Positions 18,900-32,973 of a stretch of 64,000 nucleotides of DNA are shown here, in pieces. The stretch is from Macrostomum lignano (Eukaryota), in NCBI GenBank assembly GCA_002269645.1, contig NIVC01000013.1:1116001-1180000 (forward strand), read 5' to 3'. Within the stretch, counting starts at the first letter, position 1. The number at the start of each line of letters is the position of its first letter. The notes beneath the pieces are model-generated. The model was not told the DNA's origin and made no database searches. It was given only the letters and a program-made list of their open reading frames with translations. The position numbers were made by a program, and so were the translations under genes.

Positions 18900-19711
18900 G
18901 CCATATGGGTTGTCAGGGAAAAATGTCAGATAACACAGCCATATGGGGTGTCAGGGAAAGGTGTCAGATAACACAGCCATATGGGGTGTCAGGGAAAGGT
19001 GTCAGATAACACAGCCATATGGGGTGTCAGGGAAAGGTGTCAGATATCACAGCCATATGGGGTGTCAGGGAAAAATGTCAGATATCACAGCCATATGGGG
19101 TGTCAGGGAAAGGTGTCAGATATCACAGCCATATGGGGTGTCAGGGGAAGGTGTCAGATATCACAGCCATATGGGTGTCAGGGGAAGGTGTCAGATATCA
19201 CAGCCATATGGGGTGTCAGGGGGTGGTGTCAGATATCACAGCCATATGGGGTGTCAGGGAAAAATGTCAGATATCACAGCCATATGGGGTGTCAGGGAAA
19301 GGTGTCAGATATCACAGCCATATGGGGTGTCAGGGGAAGGTGTCAGATATCACAGCCATATGGGGTGTCAGGGGAAGGTGTCAGATATCACAGCCATATG
19401 GGGTGTCAGGGGGTGGTGTCAGATATCACAGCCATATGGGGTGTCAGGGAAAGGTGTCAGATATCACAGCCATATGGGGTGTCAGGGGAAGGTGTCAGAT
19501 ATCACAGCCATATGGGGTGTCAGGGGAAGGTGTCAGATATCACAGCCATATGGGGTGTCAGGGGGTGGTGTCAGATATCACAGCCATTTGGGGTGTCAGG
19601 GAAAGGTGTCAGATATCACAGCCATATGGGGTGTCAGGGGGTGGTGTCAGATATCACAGCCATTTGGGGTGTCAGGGAAAGGTGTCAGATATCACAGCCA
19701 TATGGGGTGTC
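18900..19711. repeat. 38-bp minisatellite (GTCAGATATCACAGCCATATGGGGTGTCAGGGAAAGGT)
   Basis: About 21 units. Confidence 0.95.
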
Positions 19712-20212
19712 AACTATTTTCAACTGAAGAATAAAGCAAAAATGTGAACGCGAGTAGCTTTACAAACTTTAATAACATTACACCGCAGTGCATTAGAATA
19801 AGCAAGAATAAGGAATTTTATAATCTAGCATTTTAAATATGACAACACTGCGTGGAGTTTCATACATAAAGCCAATTAATTTATCAAGTATATTTGCAGA
19901 TATCCTAACCATTTAGAAAATAAAAAAAATACAGAACAACACTGGGTGCCTGTCAGTCAGCTGAGTTGATAGGCAGTTTAAAACATTTATTATCTTGATA
20001 AAGAACAAACATACGGAAAAAACATATATTATAGAGAAAATCTTATTGAAAAATACCAGCTAACAAAAATAAATTTGCTATCGAGACTGAATGTAATCAG
20101 GTAAATCATAATCAGAGTGACTTTCAACTTTTTATGGTGCTGTCTGGCACTATATTTGATTTGGACACGATTGTCCATTATCAGTCACAGCTTGTTCAGG
20201 TGGCTCATACAC

Positions 20213-20665
20213 AATGTACATTGCAGTTTAATAGGGGCAGAGGGCTAGCTGGGGTGGCTTGGTTCTCAGTGAATGTACATTGCAGTTTAATAGGGGCAGA
20301 GGGCTAGCTGGGGTGGCTTGGTTCTCAGTGAATGTACATTGCAGTTTAATAGGGGCAGAGGGCTAGCTGGGGTGGCTTGGTTCTCAGTGAATGTACATTG
20401 CAGTTTAATAGGGGCAGAGGGCTAGCTGGGGTGGCTTGGTTCTCAGTGAATGTACATTGCAGTTTAATAGGGGCAGAGGGCTAGCTGGGGTGGCTTGGTT
20501 CTCAGTGAATGTACATTGCAGTTTAATAGGGGCAGAGGGCTAGCTGAGGTGGCTTGGTTCTCAGTGAATGTACATTGCAGTTTAATAGGGGCAGAGGGCT
20601 AGCTGGGGTGGCTTGGTTCTCAGTGAATGTACATTGCAGTTTAATAGGGGCAGAGGGCTAGCTGG
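20213..20665. repeat. 59-bp tandem repeat, near-identical units
   Basis: Units start at 20213, 20272, 20331 and so on; ~7.6 copies. Confidence 0.95.
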
Positions 20666-20887
20666 TTTGTGTGTGGGTAGTGTGTGTAGGTTCATATCGA
20701 AGTTGTTCAGTGCTGTAGCGTGAAACGTCAAAAATTACGGAGCATAAAGTAGAAACTTTAGCTTTAGAAACTTTAGAAAGTTCAATGAAAAAATGTCATA
20801 AGACAGCTTCATACTACGATATCTAAAGCAGAGTTAACTTTAATTAATATGTTTTCATGTAAAGACGAAGTATATCTATATACCATT

Positions 20888-20888
<1 letters not shown>

Positions 20889-20946
<58 letters not shown>
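20889..20946. repeat. (GT)n microsatellite
   Basis: Direct reading. Confidence 0.95.
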
Positions 20947-20948
<2 letters not shown>

Positions 20949-21419
20949 AAACAAAGCTTGCTCGTAAAATACTTTTCAGATCATTCACAACGAAGAAAGC
21001 CTATAGCTTATTAAATGATAGCGAGACCAGATTCTTTTTGAGTAATTTTTCAAAAGTATCAAACATAATAATTAACCCCGCTTACATCTACAGTTTTAAT
21101 AGAGAATTTTTACCAATTCAAAATATACAAATATTAGCATAGAAAAATTGGTTCTAATATTGATTAGGCAAAAATGAGTTCACTAAAACAGAGTATCATT
21201 CTAAACATCTGCTAATGTTCACGGCTGAAGAAGTGTTCGATTTCACACAGATTCATCTGCTATTCAATATTCAAGCGCAACTGCTTACTTACAACTGGAA
21301 AGTAGTAGTAGTAGTTGCTCACAGCTGGCACATGGAAACTGAATAGATAGGAATGATGGATAAAACACAGGAGGAAGAGACATTGAATTACCAAAACAAA
21401 TCCAAGCTAGATTTTTGAC

Positions 21420-22416
21420 AATGGGAGGCTGGCCCAGCAACTGAGGATCTGGGAGGCTGGCCCGGCAACTGAGGATCTGGGAGGCTGGCCCGGCAACTGA
21501 GGATCTGGGAGGCTGGCATAGCAACTGAGGATCTGGGAGGCTGGCTCAGCAACTGAGGATCTGGGAGGCTGGCCCACCAACTGAGGATCTGGGAGGCTGG
21601 CATAGCAACTGAGGATCTGGGAAGCTGGCCCAGCAACTGAGGATCTGGGAGGCTGGCCCAGCAACTGACACTCTGGGAGGCTGGCCCACCAACTGAGGAT
21701 CTGGGAGGCTGGCACACCAACTGAGGATCTGGGAGGCTGGCATAGCAACTGAGGATCTGGGAAGCTGGCCCAGCAACTGAGGATCTGGGAGGCTGGCCCA
21801 GCAACTGACACTCTGGGAGGCTGGCCCAGCAACTGACACTCTGGGAGGCTGGCCCAGCAACTGGGGATCTGGGAGGCTGGCCCAGCAACTGAGGATCTGG
21901 GAGGCTGGCCCAGCAACTGGGGATCTGGGAAGCTGGCCCAGCAACTGGGGATCTGGGAGGCTGGCCCAGCAACTGAGGATCTGGGAGGCTGGCCCAGCAA
22001 CTGGGGATCTGGGAAGCTGGCCCAGCAACTGGGGATCTGGGAGGCTGGCTCAGCAACTGAGGATCTGGGAGGCTGGCCCGGCAACTGAAGATCTGGGAGG
22101 CTGGCCCAGCAACTGGGGATCTGGGAAGCTGGCCCAGCAACTGGGGATCTGGGAGGCTGGCCCAGCAACTGAGGATCTGGGAGGCTGGCCCAGCAACTGG
22201 GGATCTGGGAAGCTGGCCCAGCAACTGGGGATCTGGGAGGCTGGCCCAGCAACTGAGGATCTGGGAGGCTGGCCCAGCAACTGGGGATCTGGGAAGCTGG
22301 CCCAGCAACTGGGGATCTGGGAGGCTGGCCCAGCAACTGAGGATCTGGGAGGCTGGCCCAGCAACTGGGGATCTGGGAGGCTGGCCCAGCAACTGAGGAT
22401 CTGGGAGGCTGGCCCG
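21420..22416. repeat. 28-bp minisatellite (CTGAGGATCTGGGAGGCTGGCCCAGCAA), locus 1
   Basis: About 35 units; same family as 40858-41625. Confidence 0.95.
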
Positions 22417-22549
22417 CAAGGACCTGGCAGGATGGATAACCTGAGGAATTGAGAATATCGACAGCCCAGCGCTAACAAAGCACAATGGAGTGAATAAAAG
22501 GGCAGAGAGACACAGCTAGTGCATTACTATACACGCACAGTAGCGGGCC

Positions 22550-25500
22550 CTACAGCGGCAGAGGCTGGCTGGATCCCAGAGCCCCAGCAGGCAGCCGGAA
22601 CCTCGGCTCCCTAGGCTGATCTGACAGGCAGCGGCTGAGGCAGTCGAGAATTCGCCTCTCGGACTCCTGTCGAGGCTCCGAGCCGGCGGGCTGGTCTTTG
22701 CAGAGAACCCTGGCCAGCTGGCGGCACAGCAGGTCGCGGTGGACGCCATTCTTGTCGGAGTTGGCCAGCAGCTCCTGCGGTTGCCAGGGAGCGGGGGCGG
22801 ATGAGACGCTTTTATAACTACCGAGGTTCATCAGGGGGGCAGAAATAGGGCGGGTCAAGCAAGGGAAGGGGGCGGAAATAGGTCGGGTCAAGCAAGGGAA
22901 GGGGGCGGAAATAGGGCGGGTCAAGCAAGGGAAGGGACGGAAATAGGGCGGGTCAAGCAAGGGAAGGGGGCGGAAATAGGGAGGGTCAAGCAAGGGAAGG
23001 GAGCGGAAATAGGGCGGGTCAAGCAAGGGAAGGGGGCGGAAATAGGGCGGGTCAAGCAAGGGAAGGGGGTGGAAATAGGGCGGGTCAAGCAAGGGAAGGG
23101 AGCGGAAATAGGGCGGGTCAAGCAAGGGAAGGGGGCGGAAATAGGGCGGGTCAAGCAAGGGAAGGGGGCGGAAATAGGGCGGGTCAACCAAGGGAAGGGG
23201 CGGAAATAGGGCGGGTCAAGCAAAGGAAGGGGCGGAAATAGGGCGGGTCAAGCAAGGGAAGGGGCGGAAATAGGACGGGTCAAGCAAGGGAAGGGGCGGA
23301 AATAGGGCGGGTCAAGCACTGAAGGTCTAAAAACGAGTAAAAAAGAGATCAGATGAGGAATAAATAAATGATAAAAATCACCTGGGCCAAATCCAGTACC
23401 AAGCAGAGCAGATTAGCGGCCAGGGGTGAGCCGGGCTCGGGCAACAACGAATCCGGCAGGCACTCTAAATAGACAAACAGAGTCTGCAGGTAGGACTTGC
23501 CGGCAATGGACTCTAACGGCAGTTCGTCCATCAGATCTGTGGATGTAAGCAGCTCAGCGGAGCGCAGAATCTCTTCGGTATTGGTCACGTCCGTGAGCAG
23601 GTCCTGAGTAGTCAGGTGGTGCCGGCGGATGTGACGGATGAGGCGGACAACCTCGCGTGGAAGCGGCTGCGGCTCGGTTAGGAAGCCTGAGTATGCGGGA
23701 GTGGGAAGAGGTTGATCCAGGGGGAATAATTATATCTATCCGCAAGATCCACAGGTATCATAGCACCTTGAATGTTCTTTGTGTTATCCTGAGTATTAGA
23801 ATCATTCCAATAAAATATCCCCTACAAATTTATCCCCATAGGATATCCCTACCAACTTATCTCTATGGGATATCCCCTACAAATTTATCCCATGGGATAT
23901 CTCCTACAAATTTATCCCTATGGGATATTTCCTACAAATAATACCCTATGAGATATCCCATACCAACTTATACCTATGGGATATCCTCAACACATTTATC
24001 CCTATCCACGCACTAATCCCAATCCACCCACCCGGCAACTGTCCGAAACTGGCCGAAACGCTCTCTACATCGTCGTCGTATTTGTCCGGATATTCGCCAG
24101 CCACCGCGGCCGAGCCACGGCGATAGGCCAGCCGGATGGCCGCTCGAAGGTCGTCAGGTTCGAGCCGGGACACCGGGCGGGCGAGTCGGCAGGCAACGGC
24201 GAGTGGCAGGCCGAAACAGGTGGGCACCAGATCCGCCTGTGGTATGAGGAAGAAGTGCTTCCGCCAGTGAGCACCTGCAGGGAGGGGAGGCAGTGTTAGG
24301 GGTGACAGCGCCTGGGATTTTTTAATAGATTCGATGAGATTTTTGTATGAGACTAATATGAGATTCTAATGTGAGATTCTTGTATGAGATCCTGATGTGA
24401 GATTCTGATGTGAGATTCTTGTATGAGATCCTGATGTGAGATTCTTGTATGAGATCCTGATGTGAGATTCTGATGTGAGATTCTGATGTGAGATTCTTGT
24501 ATGAGACTCTAATATGAGATTCTAAACAGAGATTATTGTATGAGACTCTAATACGAGATTCTAATCTGAGATTCTTGCATGAGACTTAAGTATGAGATTC
24601 TAATGTAAGACTCTAGTATGAGATCCTGATGTCAGATTCTGGTATGAGATTCTGATGTGAGATTCTGATGTGAGATTCTGATGTGAGATTCTGATGTGAG
24701 ATTCTGATGTGAGATTCTGATGTGAGATTCTGATGTGAGATTCTTGTATGAGATCCTAATGTGAGATTCTGGTGTGAGATTCTTGTATGAGATCCTGATG
24801 TGAGATTCTTGTATGAGATCCTGATGTGAGATTCTGATGTGAGATTCTTGTATGAGACTCAAGTATGAGATTCTAATGTAAGACTCTAGTATGAGATTCT
24901 GATGTGAGATTCTGGTATGAGATTCTCAGGACTCCAGACTCACCACAACAAGGATGTCTTCTGGTCTGAACACCGGATTAGGCTGCTCCTCGGCCCACCG
25001 GCGCATCGCCTCGGCAATGTGCCTGTCCTTCAACGACAACGACAATTTGATTGACTGTTGCGAGTCCACGTCAATCCTAGACGTGGTTGGCGTCAGCCGC
25101 ATAAAAGCCGGGCAAGTGTCGCCGCCAAAGGCGTCGCTGCCGTTGAAATGCCAGCGCACCGGGACGCGGCCAGTGTTGCGCAAGGACACGCCGGTCTCGT
25201 AGGTTTCGAAGAAAGCCACCTGGCCGAAGCTTATCTACAGTTGGTTATTTGTTGTTTCGATACATATCGGCTAGATAGTAAAGGACTTTTATCAGCTAAT
25301 AACCAAATCAATCATGACCAAATATACTACTTACTAGTAACTAGAGATGACACCCTAATGATTAAATTCACATACTTTAACTAATATATGACCGAATCTA
25401 CCTACCAATGACCGAATCTACCTACTAATGACCGAATCTACCTACTAATGACCGAATCTACCTACTTAATGACCGAATCTACCCACTAATGACAGAATCT

Positions 25501-28500
25501 ACCTACTAATGACCGAATCTACCTACTAATGACCGAATCTACTTACAAATGATCTAATCTACCTACTTATGACTGAATCTACCTACTAATTTAATCTACT
25601 GAATCTACCTACTAATCTACCTACTACGAATTTACCTATTAATGACCAAATCTACCGAATTTCGAATGCAATCAAGCTTTCAATTACCTCATGTCCAGGA
25701 TCCAGCACGCACTGCGGCAAAATAGCATTCTCCAGCTGATCAATCAGCCTAATCACCTCGCGATAAACTCTCTGCCTTCGCTCCTGATTCACCTTGGCAA
25801 TGTCAACTTGCAACACGCAGGCCACTGGCTTGTGATCGCTCATCTGGTTGCTAAGGAAACAATCATACTTAATAACCTTGCAGGGCACAGAGGCAGAGTG
25901 GAACAGTACCCGATCGCACCAGCTGGGTATTCGCGATTTCTCCACAGCGTACTGATTGCCGCCAACTTCGAATTTGTACGACGGCTTGAAGTTAATTTTC
26001 TCTTCCTGTAGTTTGCGGGTAAAAAAGCACGTGTGCTATTAAACTACTGACAATTCAGTAGTATTCACGATCATTTCTTTTAAACAAACATTTGCAAACA
26101 AATACTGTAGTGATTACTTAATATAGAAGTGCTAATATTAATGAAAGTTAATTTTTTATTTCTGTATTAAGCGGGGAAAATCGTATATGCAATTAAGCTA
26201 CTGAGAAGTCAGTAGTATCAGTAGTTAAATACTCGTAGTTGCCCTTAAAAAGGCCCGTTAAAAATAGTCTCTCGATCGAATTTAACTCTAGCAACTCTGG
26301 AGCCACTCTTTTGACTTTCTAACGACTTAAACGATTGTGATGCGACGGAGGCGCGACTTTTGAGTCACGTGATTTATAGAATCATAAAAACGAGTCGCCG
26401 CTTAACTTTCTACTAACTCAATTAGACAAAATAGTTGTTATAAATGCGTAATTCAGTGATTCTAGCACGCCTCAGATACGACTCTACGGTCCCAGTATGT
26501 CACTATAGAAGTGTTCCAAAGTCGTTTCAGAGTCGCAGACAATATTAAAAAACCTTTGACGACTCGTGAAGAGCCACTTCTTTCCTATTTGACCTGTGTT
26601 ACCTGCAACAACTCTGAAGCGAATCTGGGACTTCTGCCAAATCAGAAGTTATTAACTGTGTTATAAGTTGCCAAATTATTTTTATTTATTGAGGTAGATA
26701 CCTTTCGATGATTTACTGACGCAATCTAAACTGTATATTTTTAGTGTCCTTAAAAGGGCCGTTTTACTATTTTACAAAAATCTACTTAGAGACTTAGTAA
26801 TAAAGTGATGAAAGTAGTGCTTAGAGAGTTATCTTGAAGCGATCAAACCTGACCTGGAATCCTTCAAACATGTCAGCATAGCGGCTCCACTGCGGCTCAG
26901 GTTTCTTCTTCAACTGTCTAAGCAGATTCAATTCGTCGTGAAACTCCAATAATCGATCGAATTTCCCGTGATTAACCAGTCGTTCAACTTCGTCGCGTTC
27001 AATTCTAACTAGGCGAAAATTTAAATCGCCAAACCAGAACATCGCGTGGTGCTCGCTGTCCGAAGCCAGGAACTCGAACTCGCCAGACTCGCCCTGCTGT
27101 TGGCCAGTTGAGTAACCGTCCCCTGGTTGCGTTTTGAATAGCTTCAACTTCACCAGAATGTCCTGACATTGTGGTAGGTGATTAAGGCAAACTTTTCAAT
27201 AAACATTTCATTCTGACGAACTCATAAGGAGTTTTTCAAACTTAAAAATATTGGCCGGTGGGTTTTTGTGCCATTCATACCCATGAGGGCCAAACCCCAG
27301 ACACAGATCTAAGAGCGTGTGTACTTAAATGACACAGATCTAAGACCGTGTGTACTTTAATGACACAGATCTAAGAGCGTGTGTACTTTAATGACACAGA
27401 TCTAAGAGCGTGTGTACTTAAATGACACAGATCTAAGACCGTGTGTACTTAAATGACACAGATCTAAGACCGTGTGTACCTTAATGGCCCAGATCTAAGA
27501 CCGTGTGTACTTTAATGACACAGATCTAAGACCGTGTGTACTTAAATGACACAGATCTAAGAGCGTGTGTACTTTAATGACACAGATCTAAGAGCGTGTG
27601 TACTTTAATGACACAGATCTAAGAGCGTGTGTGCTTTAATGACAGATCTAAGAGCGTGTGTACTTTAATGACACAGATCTAAGAGCGTGTGTACTTTAAT
27701 GACAGATCTAAGAGCGTGTGTACTTTAATGGCCCAGATCTAAGACAGTGAGTACCTTAATGGCCCAGATCTAAGACCGTGTGTACTTTAATGACAGATCT
27801 AAGAGCGTGTGTACTTTAATGGCCCAGATCTAAGACAGTGAGTACCTTAATGGCCCAGATCTAAGACCGTGTGTACTTTAATGGCCCAGATCTAAGACCG
27901 TGTGTACTTTAATGGCTCAGATCTAAGACCGTGTGTACTTTAATGACACAGATCTAAGACCGTGTGTACTTAAATGAGACAGATCTAAGACCGTGTGTAC
28001 TTAAATGACACAGATCTAAGACCGTGTGTACTTAAATGACACAGATCTAAGACCGTGTGTACTTAAATGACACAGATCTAAGAGCGTGTGTACTTAAATG
28101 ACACAGATCTAAGACCGTGTGTACTTAAATGGCTCAGATCTAAGACCGTGTGTACTTAAATGGCCCAGATCTAAGACCATGAGTACTTTAATGGCCCAGA
28201 TCTAAGACCGTGTGTACTTAAATGACACAGATCTAAGACCGTGTGTACTTAAATGACACAGATCTAAGAGCGTGTGTACTTTAATGGCCCAGATCTAAGA
28301 CCGTGTGTACTTAAATGGCCCAGATCTAAGACCATGAGTACTTTAATGGCTCAGATCTAAGAGCGTGTGTACTTTAATGGCCCAGATCTAAGACCGTGAG
28401 TTCTTTAATGGCTCAGATCTAAGACCGTGTGTACTTTAATGGCACAGATCTAAGACCGTGTGTACTTTAATGGCACAGATCTAAGAGCGTGTGTACTTTA

Positions 28501-30985
28501 ATGGCACAGATCCATGAGCGATGTTAGCCATTCACTTTAGGAAACATTAGTAACTTTGTCTTAGAGCATACTTTGGTACTTTGGTAGAATTTCACTACCC
28601 CCCAGAGCGTGTTTCCGTCAAGAGCCCTTTTCCATACACGTGTGTAGTTAAAGTTGTGCTCAGTTGGAGACAGGCTAAATAAACTAGCGAAATATTTTTG
28701 GGAAACTTTGTCAACGATAAAACTTGCTGTACACATTAACACAACTATTGATCAAACGGGGGCACGTATAGAGACAGAACAAAAATGTAATTTATCGCTT
28801 TATAAATACTTTATAAAGTTTGTATTTATTAGCCTGTACAGACTCTGAGTAGATAATGTAGTCATCGCAGACTTAAATATTAAATATGCTTCGGAGGGAT
28901 AGAATGATAGATAGATCAACGTCTAAACTATCTCATTTATGGTGCAGTTGATCAGTTTTGCGAGCATTACAAATTGTACATTGCAGAATATTTTATAAAC
29001 AGAACTTCTATCTCTGTGTAGTTAAGAACTAAATTTTGATATGAAAATCTAAGGGGTGAGATTCTCATTGAGACCGGAAATCTAAAAAGTGAGATTTTCA
29101 TTAAGATCTGAAATCTAAGAGGAGAGATTCTCAGACAGCTAAATTCAGGTAACGACATTGTATATTCAGACACCAGATACCCTAATGTACCTCTTAGGTA
29201 TTTCAGACACCAGATACCCTAATGCACTTCTCAGGTATTTCAGACACCAGATACCCTAATGCACCTTTCAGGTATTTCAGACACCAGATACCCTAATGTA
29301 CCTCTTAGGTATTTCAGACACCAGATACCCTAATGCACTTCTCAGGTATTTCAGACACCAGATACCCTAATGTACCTCTCGGGTATTTCAGACACCAGAT
29401 ACCCTAATGTACCTCTCAGGTATTTCAGACACCAGATACTCTAATGTACCTATTAGGTATTTCAGACACCAGATACCCTAATGTACCTCTTAGGTATTTC
29501 AGACACAAGATACCCTAATGTACCTCTCAGGTATTTCAGACACCAGATACCCTAATGTACCTATTAGGTATTTCAGACACCAGATACCCTAATGCACCTC
29601 TCAGGTATTTCAGACACCAGATACCTTGTGTAGCTTTCAATCCTTTAAATAACCTTGCATTACCAACCAAAACACAAATTCGAACCCACCTTGTAATCTT
29701 CATAGCGCCTCTCGAGTTTTTCCTCCCCAGCAGCCAGGTGACAATTGACAAAGGTGAGCAAAGTGTCATGCAGCTGAAATCGCACGGCAGTGCCGCCTTT
29801 GTTAGCCATGAAACCCATCAGACCGGTGGCCTGAGCGCCGCACTTCAAATTGCGAACCTCACTAATGAGATCTTTCTTAACCGCAACCATTAACAGAGTG
29901 GAGAACAGCTTCACAGTTTTCAGCACTTTATAATCTTTGCTGTTTGCGAATGCTTTTCGGCACAGCTCGCACCAGCGCGTCTGACGCTCGGAGCAGTAGG
30001 TTGATAAGTAGTTTCTAGTGGACATGTCCAACTCCTGATTTAAGGATTTTGGGGGAGTGATGACGTTTGGCTGATCGATTTGCAACTTTTATTCAAATAA
30101 TCACTAAGGTCTTAGTTGCTAATCCCCGCTAACGAAGGAGTCGCTAATCAATTCACTAAGGAGCTGCTAATTCATTCACTAAGGAGCTGCTAATCCATTC
30201 ACTAAGGAGCTGCTAATTCATTCACTAAGGAGCTGCTAATCCATTCACTAAGGAGCTGCTAATCCATTCACTAAAGAGCTGCTAATCCATTCACTAAGAA
30301 GCTGCTAATCCATTCACTAAGGAGCTGCTAATCCATTCACTAAGGAGCTGCTAATCCATTCATTAAGGAGCTGCTAATCCCTCTTTAAGGAGCCGGTAAT
30401 CCCCATTTAAGGAGCCGCTAATCCCCATTAAGGAGCCGCTAATCCCTCTTTAAGGAGCCGCTAATCCCTCTTTAAGGAGCCGCTAATTCCCCACACTAAG
30501 GAGCAGCAAATCCCCATGCCACTAGATTCTTTAAGGCTGATAGTCCAGTCTCTAAGTACATTATACGTTGCTTGCACCAATCACCCATTGTTTTATTCAG
30601 CTCAAGCAGCTAATCCTATAGTATTGAACTAAGCTCCCAGCTAGAGCCGATAATCCCCGCTCCCAGTTACCTGAAATCCTAAAGCATAGATATCTGGAGC
30701 AGAATCTGCGCACTGCAGCCACTTAGTGAGATCTTCGGCTTCGCTAAATTGATTATTAACATTCCAGGTGCCGCAGAACACTTTCAAGCCGCTATAGTCG
30801 ATGAAATCTCGGTGCCGTTCGTGTAGACGATACCTGAGCAGCTCCTCCCTGGCCTGTTCGTACTCGTCCCCAGGACCACCTGAGCTCTCGCGCTTCTCAG
30901 CCAAGGTGAGTAGAGCTTCGTCAGATGGCTCAGAAGATGGTACCAAGTGGGAGTCACTGCTTGTGCTATTGCTCAGCACTGACAT
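22550..30985 (-). CDS. OCRL: Inositol polyphosphate 5-phosphatase OCRL/INPP5B-like (5-phosphatase + ASH + RhoGAP-like); apparent 1-nt frameshift near 24260
   Basis: Exons 30985-30671, 30034-29690, 27162-26854, 26005-25688, 25234-24944, 24274-24032, 23686-23382 and 22774-22550. Motifs GTWNVN, PDIYALGFQE, NKGG, HLAAG, FWFGDLNFR, PSYKF, PSWCDRVL, SDHKPV; ASH domain (ISFGQV..LRNTG); RhoGAP-like C-terminus. The 5' end is uncertain. Confidence 0.9.
22838..23318. repeat. 33/32-bp G-rich minisatellite, OCRL last intron
   Basis: About 15 units of AAGGGAAGGGGGCGGAAATAGGGCGGGTCAAGC. Confidence 0.95.
23810..24005. repeat. Degenerate ~27-bp repeat (TATCCCTACAAATTTATCCCCATGGGA)
   Basis: Imperfect periodicity. 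Confidence 0.75.
24340..24926. repeat. 13/15-bp minisatellite (GATGTGAGATTCT)
   Basis: Visible periodicity. Confidence 0.9.
25388..25650. repeat. 20-bp minisatellite (ACCGAATCTACCTACTAATG)
   Basis: About 12 units. Confidence 0.9.
26240..26775. mobile_element. Dispersed GACTC/GAGTC-rich repeat element, copy A (OCRL intron)
   Basis: Shares TCTGCGACTCTGAA and CCCAGA..CAGAGT(C/T)GTTGC in inverted orientation with 56120-56950, plus AGGCGCGACTTTT and CCTTAAAAG motifs. Confidence 0.45.
27298..28512. repeat. 31-bp minisatellite (GACACAGATCTAAGACCGTGTGTACTTTAAT)
   Basis: About 39 units. Confidence 0.95.
29163..29626. repeat. 37-bp minisatellite (TTCAGACACCAGATACCCTAATGTACCTCTCAGGTAT)
   Basis: About 12 units. 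Confidence 0.95.
30130..30510. repeat. 23-bp minisatellite (CTAAGGAGCTGCTAATCCATTCA)
   Basis: About 16 units. Confidence 0.9.
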
Positions 30986-32973
30986 ACTTTATAACTTGTT
31001 TCTAAATTGACAAATGAAACCAATAAGAATCGTTTAGAAAGCAAACACAAAACTGGGGTTTAAACTGAAAAATAACAGAATGGATTCTTTGGTTTTATAG
31101 TGTAAATAGCGTTGATAAGACAAAGGGTGGGCAAGCTCCATCCCACGGGCCACATACTGTGAAGCCTCTCTATCCAGCCCTCGGGTCCTGTGAAACTTTG
31201 CAATAGCAATTTGGAAACACCTATCTCTCTTTATTTTTTCTAATCTTCTACCTCTCCACTCATCTCCTTTCTCTCCAATCTCTGTGCATCTTTCCTTTCC
31301 TCTCCCTTCTCCCCTAATCTCCCCTCTTCCCTTATTTCCCCTCTCTCCTCTTTTCTTCCCTTTTCTCCTATATACCCTCTATTTTATAGGCTTATTCTCC
31401 CTGGTCCCCAGCCATGCACTAGTTTTTTTTATATAGCCCCTATATAAAAAAGCTTGCCTGCCCCTATTATAGATAGAAAAACACATTATACTTGATTTAG
31501 CTACTTGGCTATATATTATTAGTAACTTTTTGATTTAATACATGATAGCACAGAACCTCATTTCCTAGCCAATGTGGCTACTAAAAAGAGATCCAGATCA
31601 ACAAAGACAAAAAATAATTATATTCATTAAAAATGTTATTTGAATAAAAATTCAGTCATAAACACAAATCTATTTTTATACAATTTTTTATAATTTTAAC
31701 TTTTCTTACTTGAAATTAAACAAATACTATATCAAAATTCTTTGTTTGGCTTAGACTAACCTCTGATAGTGATATAGGCCAATGAAAAAGTCTATATTTT
31801 TAACTAAATAGGCCTAAGCATAACTTATCTAAAAATCATATTAATTATAAAATTAAAAATAGAGTTGATGCCAAACTTATGCTACAAACTAAAAGTTTAG
31901 TAGCATATCTTCTCAAACTTTAGCCAAGTTTATAAGACAATATATCTAGAATTGAAGAATAAGAATATTGTTTCTAAGAAAAACATAAGCCAAATAAAGA
32001 TAATAGACAATGGGTGGCTAACATAGAATTTTTTGCTATAAGCCTATATTAAAAAGCAATAAAAACAAATAATAAAAACCAATTTTTAATGAGTATATAA
32101 ATTAGAATAAATAACCTTCACTGGCTCTAGAATTTACTTAATCAATACTTTAAGAGACTATTAATATCCTTATTACACTAAAGTCTACAGACTAGACTAC
32201 AAACTACTGCATGGCTAATGGCTTGCCTTTAACATGTATAAATTGGAGCTGTGAATATCATTGACATTATTATTAACTCAAGCTTGAAGTATATTTAAGT
32301 AATAATGTACTACTAATACGATATACGATATACGATATTACGGTATACGATACATACATAACATAGATTAGACGAGAATGGAAGTTCTCTGCGCAGACTG
32401 CGCTAAGCTGTGAGTAATGAGCACTTTCCGTCTTTCCGTTTGATCACGTTCTAGGAACCAGCCAACTTATCCGCGACAATAAAAACGTTTCGTTTATAAC
32501 GAGCATTAGAAAAGCGACTGATGATTTAGTGAGGGGGCTACTACTGTGGTAAAAACTAATGTTGATTAGAAACTGATTTTCACAGATTCATAGTCAAAAT
32601 TATATTTACATTCATACATGATGATATTACCTACAGGAACTATTTTAACAGCTTTTAAGTGGAAGCGTCTAATGAAAACACCCAAGGACTTCATTCACAA
32701 CTAGTAGTCCTTGGAAACATTAATATGGAATGAAGTGAACTTTTGTTGATGTGACCACTCTGTCGAAGGAATGAGGAGAAAAAACGACCTAATTAAATAA
32801 CTTAAGTCGGCAAGATTCCTAACTGTTCATCGGCCTACACATTTTTATAGATACGCGCGTCACTGGATTTGGGTACAGATTAAAAAAGCGAGTGACATAT
32901 ATCTACGACCTAGTTATTGTAGTATATGTGGAGTATACTAACACTAGCGATACGTGAAGCGTTCTTTTACTGA

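Noticed and set aside
31122-31465. Possible MITE with GGCAAGCT-containing ends
   Set aside because: Only 11/15 inverted identity and no TSD.
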